Source: Cyanobium sp. PLM2.Bin73 | GTDB taxonomy: Bacteria > Cyanobacteriota > Cyanobacteriia > PCC-6307 > Cyanobiaceae | DNA: 64,000 nt | Direction: 5' to 3' | Assembly: GCA_007694915.1 (NCBI GenBank) | Contig: REEV01000106.1 | Location: forward strand, 23,077 to 87,076 | Part shown: positions 39,872 to 48,269 of the stretch, piece by piece | Layout: the number at the start of each line of letters is the position of its first letter | How positions within the stretch are numbered: the stretch's first letter is position 1 | The notes under the pieces: model-generated | What the model saw: only the letters and a program-made list of their open reading frames with translations | Database searches by the model: none | What the model was told of the DNA's origin: nothing | Position numbers and translations under genes: made by a program

Positions 39872-39894
39872 ATTGATCGGCCCTGCTTATCAAT
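39872..39894. promoter_or_regulatory. Perfect inverted repeat ATTGAT-N11-ATCAAT upstream of csoS1 (candidate LysR-type T-N11-A operator)
   Basis: ATTGATCGGCCCTGCTTATCAAT was read directly from the sequence. It lies about 108 nt upstream of the csoS1 ATG, in the only clearly A/T-richer intergenic region of the locus (39792-40001). A TTGACA hexamer follows at 39917-39922. Confidence 0.35.
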
Positions 39895-40001
39895 GACCTC
39901 GAAAACGGTGATGGACTTGACAGCCTCGACGGGTTGACGGGGGGCTACGCGCCGAACGAGGGTTCCTGGGACCCTCCACCCCCCTCCATCTGGAGCAGGA
40001 C

Positions 40002-40316
40002 ATGGCTAACGAAACCATGGGCATCGCCCTCGGCATGATCGAAACCCGCGGTCTGGTGCCGGCCATCGAAGCGGCCGACGCCATGACCAAGGCCGCCGAG
40101 GTGCGCCTGATCGCCCGCGAGTTCGTCGGCGGCGGCTACGTCACCGTGATGGTGCGCGGTGAAACCGGTGCAGTGAACGCCGCGGTGCGCGCCGGTGCCG
40201 ATGCCTGCGAGCGCGTGGGCGACGGCCTGGTGGCCGCCCACATCATTGCTCGCCCCCACCGCGAAGTGGAGCCTGCCCTGGGCAGCAGTGCTGGTTTCGT
40301 CGGTTCCAAAGACTGA
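40002..40316 (+). CDS. csoS1: Major carboxysome shell protein CsoS1 (BMC-H)
   Basis: [34 protein letters not shown]...[23 protein letters not shown] is a canonical BMC hexamer protein. Confidence 0.95.
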   Translation: MANETMGIALGMIETRGLVPAIEAADAMTKAAEVRLIAREFVGGGYVTVMVRGETGAVNAAVRAGADACERVGDGLVAAHIIARPHREVEPALGSSAGFVGSKD

Positions 40317-40383
40317 GTCGCCTGAGGCCTGAATTGGCCGCCGCCTCCGTCATTCCCGTTCCCGACCCAACCGCACCATCCCC

Positions 40384-41796
40384 ATGAGCAAGAAGTACGA
40401 CGCCGGGGTCAAGGAGTACCGCGACACGTATTGGACTCCTGATTACGTTCCCCTCGACACCGACCTGCTGGCCTGCTTCAAGGTCACCGGCCAGGAAGGG
40501 GTGCCCAAGGAGGAGGTGGCAGCCGCCGTTGCCGCCGAATCCTCCACCGGCACCTGGTCCACCGTGTGGTCCGAGCTCCTCACCGATCTCGACTTCTACA
40601 AGGGCCGCTGCTACCGCATCGAAGACGTCCCCGGCGACAAGGAATCCTTCTACGCCTTCATCGCCTACCCCCTCGACCTGTTCGAAGAGGGCTCCATCAC
40701 CAACGTGCTCACCTCCCTGGTGGGCAACGTGTTCGGCTTCAAGGCCCTGCGCCACCTGCGCCTGGAGGACATCCGCTTCCCCCTGGCCTTCATCAAGACC
40801 TGCATGGGTCCGCCAAACGGCATCGCCGTGGAGCGTGACCGCATGAACAAGTACGGCCGTCCCCTGCTGGGCTGCACCATCAAGCCGAAACTCGGCCTGA
40901 GCGGCAAGAACTACGGCCGTGTGGTTTACGAGTGCCTGCGTGGTGGTCTCGACTTCACCAAGGACGACGAGAACATCAACTCCCAGCCGTTCCAGCGCTG
41001 GCAGAACCGCTTCGAGTTCGTGGCCGAGGCCGTGAAGCTGGCGGAACAGGAAACCGGCGAGAAGAAGGGGCACTACCTCAACTGCACCGCCGCCACTCCT
41101 GAGGAGATGTACGAGCGTGCCGAGTTCGCCAAGGAACTCGGGCAGCCGATCATCATGCACGACTACATCACCGGTGGCTTCACCGCCAACACCGGTCTGG
41201 CGAAGTGGTGCCGCAGGAACGGCATGCTGCTGCACATCCACCGCGCCATGCACGCGGTGATCGACCGCCATCCCAAGCACGGCATCCACTTCCGCGTGCT
41301 GGCCAAGTGCCTGCGCCTCTCCGGCGGCGACCAGCTGCACACCGGCACCGTGGTGGGCAAGCTGGAGGGTGACCGCCAGACCACCCTGGGCTTCATCGAC
41401 CAGCTGCGCGAGTCGTTCGTGCCGGAAGACCGCGGCCGCGGCAACTTCTTCGATCAGGACTGGGGATCGATGCCCGGTGTGTTTGCCGTGGCCTCCGGCG
41501 GCATCCACGTGTGGCACATGCCCGCCCTGGTTGCGATCTTCGGTGACGACTCGGTGCTGCAGTTCGGTGGTGGCACCCACGGCCACCCCTGGGGTTCGGC
41601 CGCCGGCGCCGCCGCCAACCGTGTGGCCCTGGAAGCCTGCGTGAAGGCCCGCAACGCCGGCCGTGAGATCGAGAAGGAATCGCGCGACATCCTCATGGAA
41701 GCCGCCAAGCACAGCCCCGAGCTGGCGATCGCCCTCGAAACCTGGAAGGAGATCAAGTTCGAATTCGACACCGTCGACAAGCTCGACGTGCAGTGA
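40384..41796 (+). CDS. cbbL: RubisCO large subunit, form IA
   Basis: 470 aa. [34 protein letters not shown]... contains the [17 protein letters not shown] and [11 protein letters not shown] active-site motifs. Confidence 0.97.
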   Translation: MSKKYDAGVKEYRDTYWTPDYVPLDTDLLACFKVTGQEGVPKEEVAAAVAAESSTGTWSTVWSELLTDLDFYKGRCYRIEDVPGDKESFYAFIAYPLDLFEEGSITNVLTSLVGNVFGFKALRHLRLEDIRFPLAFIKTCMGPPNGIAVERDRMNKYGRPLLGCTIKPKLGLSGKNYGRVVYECLRGGLDFTKDDENINSQPFQRWQNRFEFVAEAVKLAEQETGEKKGHYLNCTAATPEEMYERAEFAKELGQPIIMHDYITGGFTANTGLAKWCRRNGMLLHIHRAMHAVIDRHPKHGIHFRVLAKCLRLSGGDQLHTGTVVGKLEGDRQTTLGFIDQLRESFVPEDRGRGNFFDQDWGSMPGVFAVASGGIHVWHMPALVAIFGDDSVLQFGGGTHGHPWGSAAGAAANRVALEACVKARNAGREIEKESRDILMEAAKHSPELAIALETWKEIKFEFDTVDKLDVQ

Positions 41797-41899
41797 TCGC
41801 CTCTGCCATTGGCTGGGGACGTCGGCCTTGAGCCCTCGTCCCGGCCAGCGGTGATCCCCAGCCCACCGGCTTCATTCATTCCAATCCTCAAGGATCCCC

Positions 41900-42241
41900 A
41901 TGCCCTTCAAGAGCACCGTGGGTGACTACCAAACAGTCGCCACCCTGGAGACCTTCGGCTTCCTCCCGCCGATGACCCAGGACGAGATCTATGACCAGAT
42001 CGCCTACATCATTGCCCAGGGTTGGACCCCCCTGGTGGAGCACGTTCACCCCAGCCGCTCGATGTCGACCTATTGGTCGTACTGGAAGCTGCCCTTCTTC
42101 GGTGAGAAGGATCTGGGCGTGATCGTGAGTGAGCTGGAGGCCTGCCACCGCGCCTATCCCGACCACCACGTGCGCCTGGTGGGCTACGACGCCTACACCC
42201 AGAGCCAGGGCTCCTGCTTCGTGGTGTTCGAGGGCCGCTGA
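41900..42241 (+). CDS. cbbS: RubisCO small subunit
   Basis: 113 aa, MPFKSTVGDYQTVATLETFGFLPPMTQDEIYDQIAYIIAQGW... Confidence 0.97.
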   Translation: MPFKSTVGDYQTVATLETFGFLPPMTQDEIYDQIAYIIAQGWTPLVEHVHPSRSMSTYWSYWKLPFFGEKDLGVIVSELEACHRAYPDHHVRLVGYDAYTQSQGSCFVVFEGR

Positions 42242-42263
42242 GCCCCCCAGCCCAGACCTCCCC

Positions 42264-42287
42264 GGGTCCCGGCTAGCGCCGGGACCC
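42264..42287 (+). terminator. Strong hairpin between cbbS and csoS2 (attenuator / partial terminator candidate)
   Basis: GGGTCCCGGC-TAGC-GCCGGGACCC, a perfect 10-bp stem with a 4-nt loop. It starts 23 nt after the cbbS TGA and is followed by TCCCTTTCC. Confidence 0.55.
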
Positions 42288-42322
42288 TCCCTTTCCACCA
42301 GATCTCCACCAGACGGGCGCCC

Positions 42323-44716
42323 ATGGCCAGCACATCCAGCCGTGATGCAGCACTCGAGCGCCGCCGGGCCCTCACGACGGCGGGCAAGAAGGCAGTCAGC
42401 CGGTTCAGTTCCTCCGCCGGCCGGATCCGCAGCGCCGCTGATGCCCGTCCCAGCCGCACCGAGTCGGCGGCGAGCGCGACGCCTGCTGCCGTCCCCGCTG
42501 CCGGCACCCGCCCTGCCCCGGAACGCCTCCGCGCTCCCCAACCGCTGAGCGCCATGGCCCCCTCGTCCAGTTCCCAGTCCCGCAGCAGCATCAGCCGGAT
42601 CAGCAGTCCCAGCCGCGACCTGGCCCTCGCCCGGCGTGAAGCGATGAGCCGCAGCGGCAAGCGGGCCAGCACCTCCCGCGACCGCATCCGCGCCGACGTG
42701 GTGCGCACGGACGCCCCGGCCGCTGCTGCCGCCGCGTCGGCCAGCCCCGCCCCGAGCGCTCACCCGTCCGCAGCTGCCGAGGCCGCCCGTCCCACCCTGA
42801 GCCTGGGAACGCCGGCCAAAGGCGGCAACGGCAGCCTCGAACGGCGCGGCCAGCAGCGCCGGGTGTCGGCCCAGCACAACCCCAGCCGCGCCCTTGTGAT
42901 GGCACGGCGCGAAGCCCTCTCGAAACGCGGCAAGTCGGCGACCATGCCCGGCAATGGCGCCGCTGCCGCTGTGGCTCGGCAGAACCACCCCGATCTCAGC
43001 ACCCGGGAACTGTCGCAGAAGCTGCGGGAGCTCAAGAGCAAGGTGGGCAGTGCCGGCAGCGCCCGCAGCGGCCCAGCCCGGCCCACCGGCCCGAACCGCA
43101 ACGGTGCCCGTCAGGCGGCCCAGGCCGACGCCCACTGGAAGGTGGGGGTGAGCGAAACCAGCGGCGGCCAGGTGGTCACCGGCACCCAGGCCAACCGCTC
43201 GCCCAAGACCACCGGCAACGAAGCGGCCATCTGCCGGCCGATCACCGGCACCGAATATCTGGGCGCCGAAGTGTTCCAGACCTTCTGCCAGAGCGACGCC
43301 CCCAGCCGTCAGCCGGACAAGGTGCGGGTCACCGCCACCAGCCACGGCAACCGGGTCACCGGCAACGAGGTGGGCCGGTCCGAGAAGGTCACCGGCGACG
43401 AGCCCGGCACCTGCAAGACCATCACCGGCACCGAATACATCTCCGCCAACCAGTCGGCCGCCTACTGCGGCGCCGTGACCACCCCGCCACGCAAGGTGGG
43501 CCGCAGCGCCACCCTCGGCGGCCAGGCGGTGTCGGGCGTGATGGTGGGCCGCTCGGAGCGGGTGACCGGCGATGAGCCCGGCTCCGGCCTGCAGCTCACC
43601 GGCGACCAGTACCTGGGCGCAGAACCGCCGCTGCCCGGACAGGCGCCTGCGAAGGTGGAGAACCTGCAGACCCTGCGCGGCACCGGCGTCACCGGCACGG
43701 CCGTGGGCCGCAGCGAGCGGGTGACCGGCAATGAACCGGGCAGCTGCCGCAACATCACCGGCGACGAGTACATCGGCAGCCAGCAGTACGAAGGCTTCTG
43801 CGGTATCAAGCCTGCTCCCGAGGCCCCGAAGGTGGGCTTCAGCGTGACCAACAAGGGCAAGGTGGTGAGCGGTACCCGCACCGGTCGCAGCGGCAAGGTC
43901 ACCGGCGATGAACCGGGCACCTGCAAGGTGGTTACCGGAACCCCCTATGCCGGCCTGGAGCAGGCCTCCGACTACTGCAGCACCACCGCCGTGCGCAGCA
44001 TCCGCGAGCGCACACCGGTGCGGGGCGGCAGCCGCATGAGTGGCATTCAGCCCGGCATCGGCGGGGTGATGACCGGTGCAGAGCGAGGCGCGTGCGAGAC
44101 CGTGAGCGGAACTCCCTACGTGGGCGCCGACCAGCAGCAGCTGGCCTGTGGTGCTGCAGCCGCCGGCGACGCCGACTTCCCCCAGCCCCTCGATGGCAGC
44201 CAGCCCTGGCAGCACTTCAGTGTGCAGTCACCGGCGCGGGCCGCCCAGATCTCCCGCGAACGGGGGGGTGGTGTAACCGGCACCAGCTACGAACAGGGCA
44301 ATCGCGTCACCGGTCCCTTTGATATGGCTGGCGGCAAGGTGACGGGCACCGAGCAGTTCCGCTTCGATGGCCGCAGCGCCAGGATCTCCCGCGGTCCGAT
44401 CGCCATGGGCACGCCCACGGGTGGCGAAGCTGAGGCCGCCCCCGGGCGGCCCACCTCCCGGGTCACCGGTGAAGGCATCTCCAGCGGCCTGAACATCACC
44501 GGTGATGACTGGGATCGGGGCAAGCACGTCACCGGCACCGAGGGGGCTTCGGCCCGGCGGCGCAACCCCAGCCGCCCCGGCCCAATGACGGCAATGCCCG
44601 GCTTTCAGTCCAAGCGCAATGAGGACGTGCCCGAACCGGTGAGCCGCGTCACGGGCTCCAGCGGCAACACCAACGCCGGATCCCTGATCACGGTCTCCGG
44701 CGGCGCCCGCGGCTGA
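42323..44716 (+). CDS. csoS2: Carboxysome scaffold protein CsoS2
   Basis: 797 aa. The basic N-terminal repeats are (S/T)R-x-x-A(L/M)-x-RR-x-A-x-S-x-x-GK. The middle repeats have VTG(N/D)E ... C..ITGTEY ... C, and the C-terminal repeats end in ...SLITVSGGARG. Confidence 0.93.
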   Translation: MASTSSRDAALERRRALTTAGKKAVSRFSSSAGRIRSAADARPSRTESAASATPAAVPAAGTRPAPERLRAPQPLSAMAPSSSSQSRSSISRISSPSRDLALARREAMSRSGKRASTSRDRIRADVVRTDAPAAAAAASASPAPSAHPSAAAEAARPTLSLGTPAKGGNGSLERRGQQRRVSAQHNPSRALVMARREALSKRGKSATMPGNGAAAAVARQNHPDLSTRELSQKLRELKSKVGSAGSARSGPARPTGPNRNGARQAAQADAHWKVGVSETSGGQVVTGTQANRSPKTTGNEAAICRPITGTEYLGAEVFQTFCQSDAPSRQPDKVRVTATSHGNRVTGNEVGRSEKVTGDEPGTCKTITGTEYISANQSAAYCGAVTTPPRKVGRSATLGGQAVSGVMVGRSERVTGDEPGSGLQLTGDQYLGAEPPLPGQAPAKVENLQTLRGTGVTGTAVGRSERVTGNEPGSCRNITGDEYIGSQQYEGFCGIKPAPEAPKVGFSVTNKGKVVSGTRTGRSGKVTGDEPGTCKVVTGTPYAGLEQASDYCSTTAVRSIRERTPVRGGSRMSGIQPGIGGVMTGAERGACETVSGTPYVGADQQQLACGAAAAGDADFPQPLDGSQPWQHFSVQSPARAAQISRERGGGVTGTSYEQGNRVTGPFDMAGGKVTGTEQFRFDGRSARISRGPIAMGTPTGGEAEAAPGRPTSRVTGEGISSGLNITGDDWDRGKHVTGTEGASARRRNPSRPGPMTAMPGFQSKRNEDVPEPVSRVTGSSGNTNAGSLITVSGGARG

Positions 44717-44723
44717 GCCGAGC

Positions 44724-46415
44724 ATGACCCGCCGTCCGGCCGCAGCAACCCGCCCCCTGGCACCCACGGCCCCCCGGCGGCGGCCGGGGACCGGGGCCGA
44801 CCTCATTTCCGCCCCCACCCCGGCCTCCCTGGAGCCGGGGGCTGGCGTGCTGCGGGGCACCCGGGCGAGGGCTGCCTACCAGCAGGCCCGCAGCGTCAAT
44901 CCGCTCACACCTGCGCGCAACCAACCCCTGCAGCGCAGCCGGGGCTCCAGGCCGGCCATCAGCCGGCCCCCGCTCGGCCGGCCCGCTGGACCCGGCAGCC
45001 CGGCGAAGGCGCAGCACCCCCTCACCAATGCTGCAGCCAATGCCGCCCTGCGTGGGTACGACGAGCAGGTGAAGCACCGCTTCGATCGCATCGTGCCGGT
45101 GCTCAAGCAGATCGCCGCCCTGCAGCACGAACAGCACTTTGAGGAACGCGCGCAGGAGCTGGCGCGGGCTGAACTGGGCCATGAGCTGCCGCCAGAGGTG
45201 CTGGAGGCCGCCTGGGTCAGCCAGCTGGACATGCGCACTCTGTTCGCCTGGTGCGTGTTCGAGGCCTACGAACGCACCAGCGCCGAGTTCTTCGCCAGTG
45301 ATCCGCTCGGCGGCCAGCCCGGTAGTGAACCCGCCGAGAGCTTCAACGCCTTCCTGCTCTCCTGCGGCTTTCACCTGCTGGACATCACCCCCTGTGCCGA
45401 TGGCCGCCTGGCCCATGCCATCGCCTACGCCCTGCGGCTGCCGTTCAGCTCGGTGCGCCGCCGTCCCCACGCCGGTGCCCTGTTCGACGTGGAGACCACG
45501 GTGAACCGCTGGGTCAAGACCGAACACAGCCGCTACCGGGAGGGCAGCCCCAATCCCGCCCACGAGCCCACCCGCTACCTCAAGGTGGTGCTTTACCACT
45601 TCAGTTCCCTCGATCCCAGCCACGAGGGCTGCGCCGCCCACGGCAGCGACGATGCCCTGGCGGCCTGCTGCGGCCTGGCCCGCCTGCGCGACTTCCAGGA
45701 GGCCGTGGAGAACAGCTTCTGCTGCGGTGCCTCGGTGGATCTGCTGCTGATGGGCATCGACACCGACACCGACGCCATCCGCGCGCACGTGCCCGGCATG
45801 GACGGCAGCACCCATCTGGATCGCTGGCTGGATGCGGCCGACGTCTACGCCGCCACCCAGGGCCTGGCCGCCGCTGATGCCCGCGAGCGCATCAGCGCCA
45901 TGGTGCAGGAGAGCGCCGCCGCGAGCCCCGATCCCGGCATGGTGACGCTGGTGAGCCGCTTGCTGGAGAACAACATCTCCCAGATCGACTACGTGCGCCG
46001 CTATCACGACGGTCACTACAGAGATGATGGCCATGCCGAGCGCTTCATCGGCGTGGGGATCGGCTTCAAGGAGATCCATCTGCGCAACCTCACCTACTTC
46101 GCCTACATGGACACCGTGGAAGAGGGAGCCCCGGATCTAGATGTGGGTGTGAAGATCTTCAAAGGCCTCAACGTGTCCCGGGGCCTGCCGGTGCCGGTGG
46201 TGGTGCGCTTCGATTACAACGGCCAGGTGCCCGGAGCCCGCGACCGGGCGGTGCGCCACTGCCAGCGGGTGCAGGCGGCGATCGAGAGCCGCTACAGCGA
46301 TCTGGTGGTCCAGGGCCTGCTGCACGTGCTGCTCACCGTGCGCGACCAGGACCGCCACATTCCGGCCGAGACGATCGGCTCCACGATCACGTTCGCCACA
46401 GGAGGAGGGCACTGA
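44724..46415 (+). CDS. csoS3: Carboxysomal carbonic anhydrase CsoSCA (CsoS3)
   Basis: 563 aa, in the conserved position after csoS2. The zinc-site region is LLDITPCADGRLAHA ... SHEGCAAHGSD, as in the epsilon/beta-subclass CsoSCA. Confidence 0.9.
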   Translation: MTRRPAAATRPLAPTAPRRRPGTGADLISAPTPASLEPGAGVLRGTRARAAYQQARSVNPLTPARNQPLQRSRGSRPAISRPPLGRPAGPGSPAKAQHPLTNAAANAALRGYDEQVKHRFDRIVPVLKQIAALQHEQHFEERAQELARAELGHELPPEVLEAAWVSQLDMRTLFAWCVFEAYERTSAEFFASDPLGGQPGSEPAESFNAFLLSCGFHLLDITPCADGRLAHAIAYALRLPFSSVRRRPHAGALFDVETTVNRWVKTEHSRYREGSPNPAHEPTRYLKVVLYHFSSLDPSHEGCAAHGSDDALAACCGLARLRDFQEAVENSFCCGASVDLLLMGIDTDTDAIRAHVPGMDGSTHLDRWLDAADVYAATQGLAAADARERISAMVQESAAASPDPGMVTLVSRLLENNISQIDYVRRYHDGHYRDDGHAERFIGVGIGFKEIHLRNLTYFAYMDTVEEGAPDLDVGVKIFKGLNVSRGLPVPVVVRFDYNGQVPGARDRAVRHCQRVQAAIESRYSDLVVQGLLHVLLTVRDQDRHIPAETIGSTITFATGGGH

Positions 46416-46416
46416 G

Positions 46417-46704
46417 ATGCTGATCTGCAAGGTGGTGAAACCACTCGTTTCCACAAACCGCATCCCCGATTTCCAGCACAAGCACCTGCAGGTGGTGCTC
46501 GACGGCAGCACCCAGAAAGTGGCGGTGGATGCCGTGGGGGCCATCCCCGGCGACTGGGTGATCTGCGTGGGCAGCTCCGCGGCCCGCGAAGCGGCGGGCA
46601 GCAAGTCGTATCCGAGCGATCTGACGATCGTTGGGATCATCGACCACTGGGATCCCGACGCGGCCAAGGCTGACGCCGAGCGCCTCAACGGGGGGGGAGG
46701 GTGA
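46417..46704 (+). CDS. csoS4A: Carboxysome vertex (pentamer) protein CsoS4A
   Basis: MLICKVVKPLVSTNRIPDFQHKHLQVV is an EutN/CcmL-family sequence. The gene starts 1 nt after the csoS3 stop. Confidence 0.9.
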   Translation: MLICKVVKPLVSTNRIPDFQHKHLQVVLDGSTQKVAVDAVGAIPGDWVICVGSSAAREAAGSKSYPSDLTIVGIIDHWDPDAAKADAERLNGGGG

Positions 46705-46955
46705 TGGAGATCATGCAGGTGGTCACGTCCCTGGTGTGCACCCAGCGGGTGGGCGGCCTCGACCACTGCAACCTTCGGGTGTTGCGCAACACCAAGGGCA
46801 AGATGAGCGTGGCCGTGGATCCGGTGGGTGCCTCCCCCGGCAACTGGGTGTTCACCGCCAGCGGCTCCGCCGCCCGCTTCTCCTGCCCCAATCCCACCGT
46901 GCTCACCGATCTGACGATCGGCGGCATCATCGATTTCTGGGAGCCCGACGGCTAG
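46704..46955 (+). CDS. csoS4B: Carboxysome vertex (pentamer) protein CsoS4B
   Basis: MEIMQVVTSLVCTQRVGGLDHCNLRVLRN is an EutN/CcmL-family sequence. The ATG overlaps the csoS4A TGA (the track lists GTG at 46701). Confidence 0.9.
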   Translation: MEIMQVVTSLVCTQRVGGLDHCNLRVLRNTKGKMSVAVDPVGASPGNWVFTASGSAARFSCPNPTVLTDLTIGGIIDFWEPDG

Positions 46956-47036
46956 AGAGCGCGCCCCCCGCCCTGCTCTCCCAGGGTGTGCGCCTCCTTG
47001 ACTCTCCCGTTCTCACCCAGCCCTTCCCTCCTCGCC

Positions 47037-47702
47037 ATGGCCACCAGTCCCCGCCCAGCCTCCAGCGCTCGGTCCGCCGACGCCACCCCCGAGGGGGACA
47101 GCCCGGCGCCAACTCCGGCGACGCCTGCCCCAGCGGCCACGCCCGCTCCATCCCAGCCCCCGGCAGCGGCCACCCCGGCCCGGGCCCTGCCCGCCGCCGC
47201 CAGCTCCCGCAGCACGACGCGCACCGCCACATCCCGCGGCAGCAGCGCTCGCAGCAGCGCCGCCCAGCCCGCGGCCGGCCGGGCCAGTTCCAGGCGCGCC
47301 GCGCCTGCCGCGGCCAGCACCCGCACGGGCGGCAGGGGCCGCAGCGGGGCCCAAGGCGGGGGCTCCAGCCTGCGGGAGGTGGCAGCCGGCAACGCCGAGC
47401 CCCCGGTGAGGGGTATCGCCCTGGGCATGATCGAGACCCGTGGCCTGGTGCCGGCGATCGAGGCCGCCGATGCCATGACCAAGGCCGCCGAGGTCAGCCT
47501 GGTGGCCCGTGAATTCGTGGGCGGCGGCTATGTGACCGTGCTGGTGCGCGGCGAAACCGGCGCGGTGAATGCAGCCGTGCGCGCCGGCGCCGATGCCTGC
47601 GAGCGGGTGGGCGACGGCCTGGTGGCGGCCCACATCATTGCCAGGCCCCATACGGAGGTTGAACCGGCCCTGCGCGCCAGCGGCGCCACCCGTCGTCTCT
47701 GA
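47037..47702 (+). CDS. csoS1E: BMC-H shell paralogue with a long disordered N-terminal extension (CsoS1E-type)
   Basis: ATG at 47037. The first roughly 125 aa are P/A/S/T/R-rich low complexity. The following 87 aa differ from CsoS1 (40020-40280) at only 4 positions. Confidence 0.85.
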   Translation: MATSPRPASSARSADATPEGDSPAPTPATPAPAATPAPSQPPAAATPARALPAAASSRSTTRTATSRGSSARSSAAQPAAGRASSRRAAPAAASTRTGGRGRSGAQGGGSSLREVAAGNAEPPVRGIALGMIETRGLVPAIEAADAMTKAAEVSLVAREFVGGGYVTVLVRGETGAVNAAVRAGADACERVGDGLVAAHIIARPHTEVEPALRASGATRRL

Positions 47703-48175
47703 TGCCCATGGACGCCGCGCACCCGCGCGTCCTCGGCTATCTCGGACGCGCCCTCAGCCTCGAACTAAGCGCTGTTCAGCAATACATGACCCAGGCCTCC
47801 CTGACGGATCACTGGGGCGACGCCGACGCGGCCCAGCGCTTCCGCCAGGAAACTGTGGAGGAGATGCGCCACGCCGAAGCGATCGTGAAGCGGATGCTGG
47901 CGCTGGGGGTGGCCCCCGGCTCCTCCCAGTTGCGGCCGGCCGGCCACGGCCCCAACCTGGAGGCCCTGCTGCGCCAGAACATGGTGCTGGAGGAGGAGCT
48001 GGTGAGCCTCTACGGCGAGGCCGTGCGGTTCTGCCTGCTGGTGGGCGACACAGACAATGAGGCCTTCTTCCGCCAGCTCTGGAGCGACGAGCAGCACCAC
48101 GCCGAGGAGCTGGCGGGCTGGCTGCGCAGCCTTGGGGGTTGGCGGGAGCGCCACCTGGAGCGGGCAACGTTTTAG
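47702..48175 (+). CDS. Ferritin-like / bacterioferritin-like four-helix-bundle protein in the cso operon
   Basis: 157 aa. The Bfr-like di-iron ligand pattern is present: ELSAVQQY, EEMRHAE (ExxH), EEELVSLY, and DEQHHAEE (ExxH). The ATG overlaps the csoS1E TGA (TGATG). Confidence 0.75.
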   Translation: MPMDAAHPRVLGYLGRALSLELSAVQQYMTQASLTDHWGDADAAQRFRQETVEEMRHAEAIVKRMLALGVAPGSSQLRPAGHGPNLEALLRQNMVLEEELVSLYGEAVRFCLLVGDTDNEAFFRQLWSDEQHHAEELAGWLRSLGGWRERHLERATF

Positions 48176-48269
48176 GGCCAACGGGCCCGAGAGCAGCCTA
48201 GACATCGGGTCACACCCCTAGAGTCCGGCCCCAACCCGGTATCCATCAACACCCTCCCGGCCCCTGCCC

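Noticed and set aside
41888-44215. A 775-aa minus-strand ORF antisense to cbbS and csoS2.
   Set aside because: It lies antisense to two unmistakable conserved genes. The product is Gly/Ala/Arg-rich and mirrors the csoS2 repeats, so it is an artefact of G+C-rich repetitive coding DNA.
42323-44716. Programmed -1 ribosomal frameshift in csoS2, as in some chemoautotroph csoS2 genes that produce CsoS2A and CsoS2B.
   Set aside because: I could not identify a heptameric slippery site followed by a convincing downstream stem-loop by eye. Cyanobacterial CsoS2 is generally reported as a single full-length form. A dedicated frameshift-signal scan would be needed to reopen this.
48176-48269. A promoter or operator upstream of ndhF4 (the spacer after the ferritin-like gene).
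   Set aside because: Only a weak GGGCC-AACG-GGCCC hairpin and CTAG-containing half-sites are present. There is no palindrome comparable with the one at 39872, and no clear -35/-10 pair. Read-through from the cso block is equally plausible.
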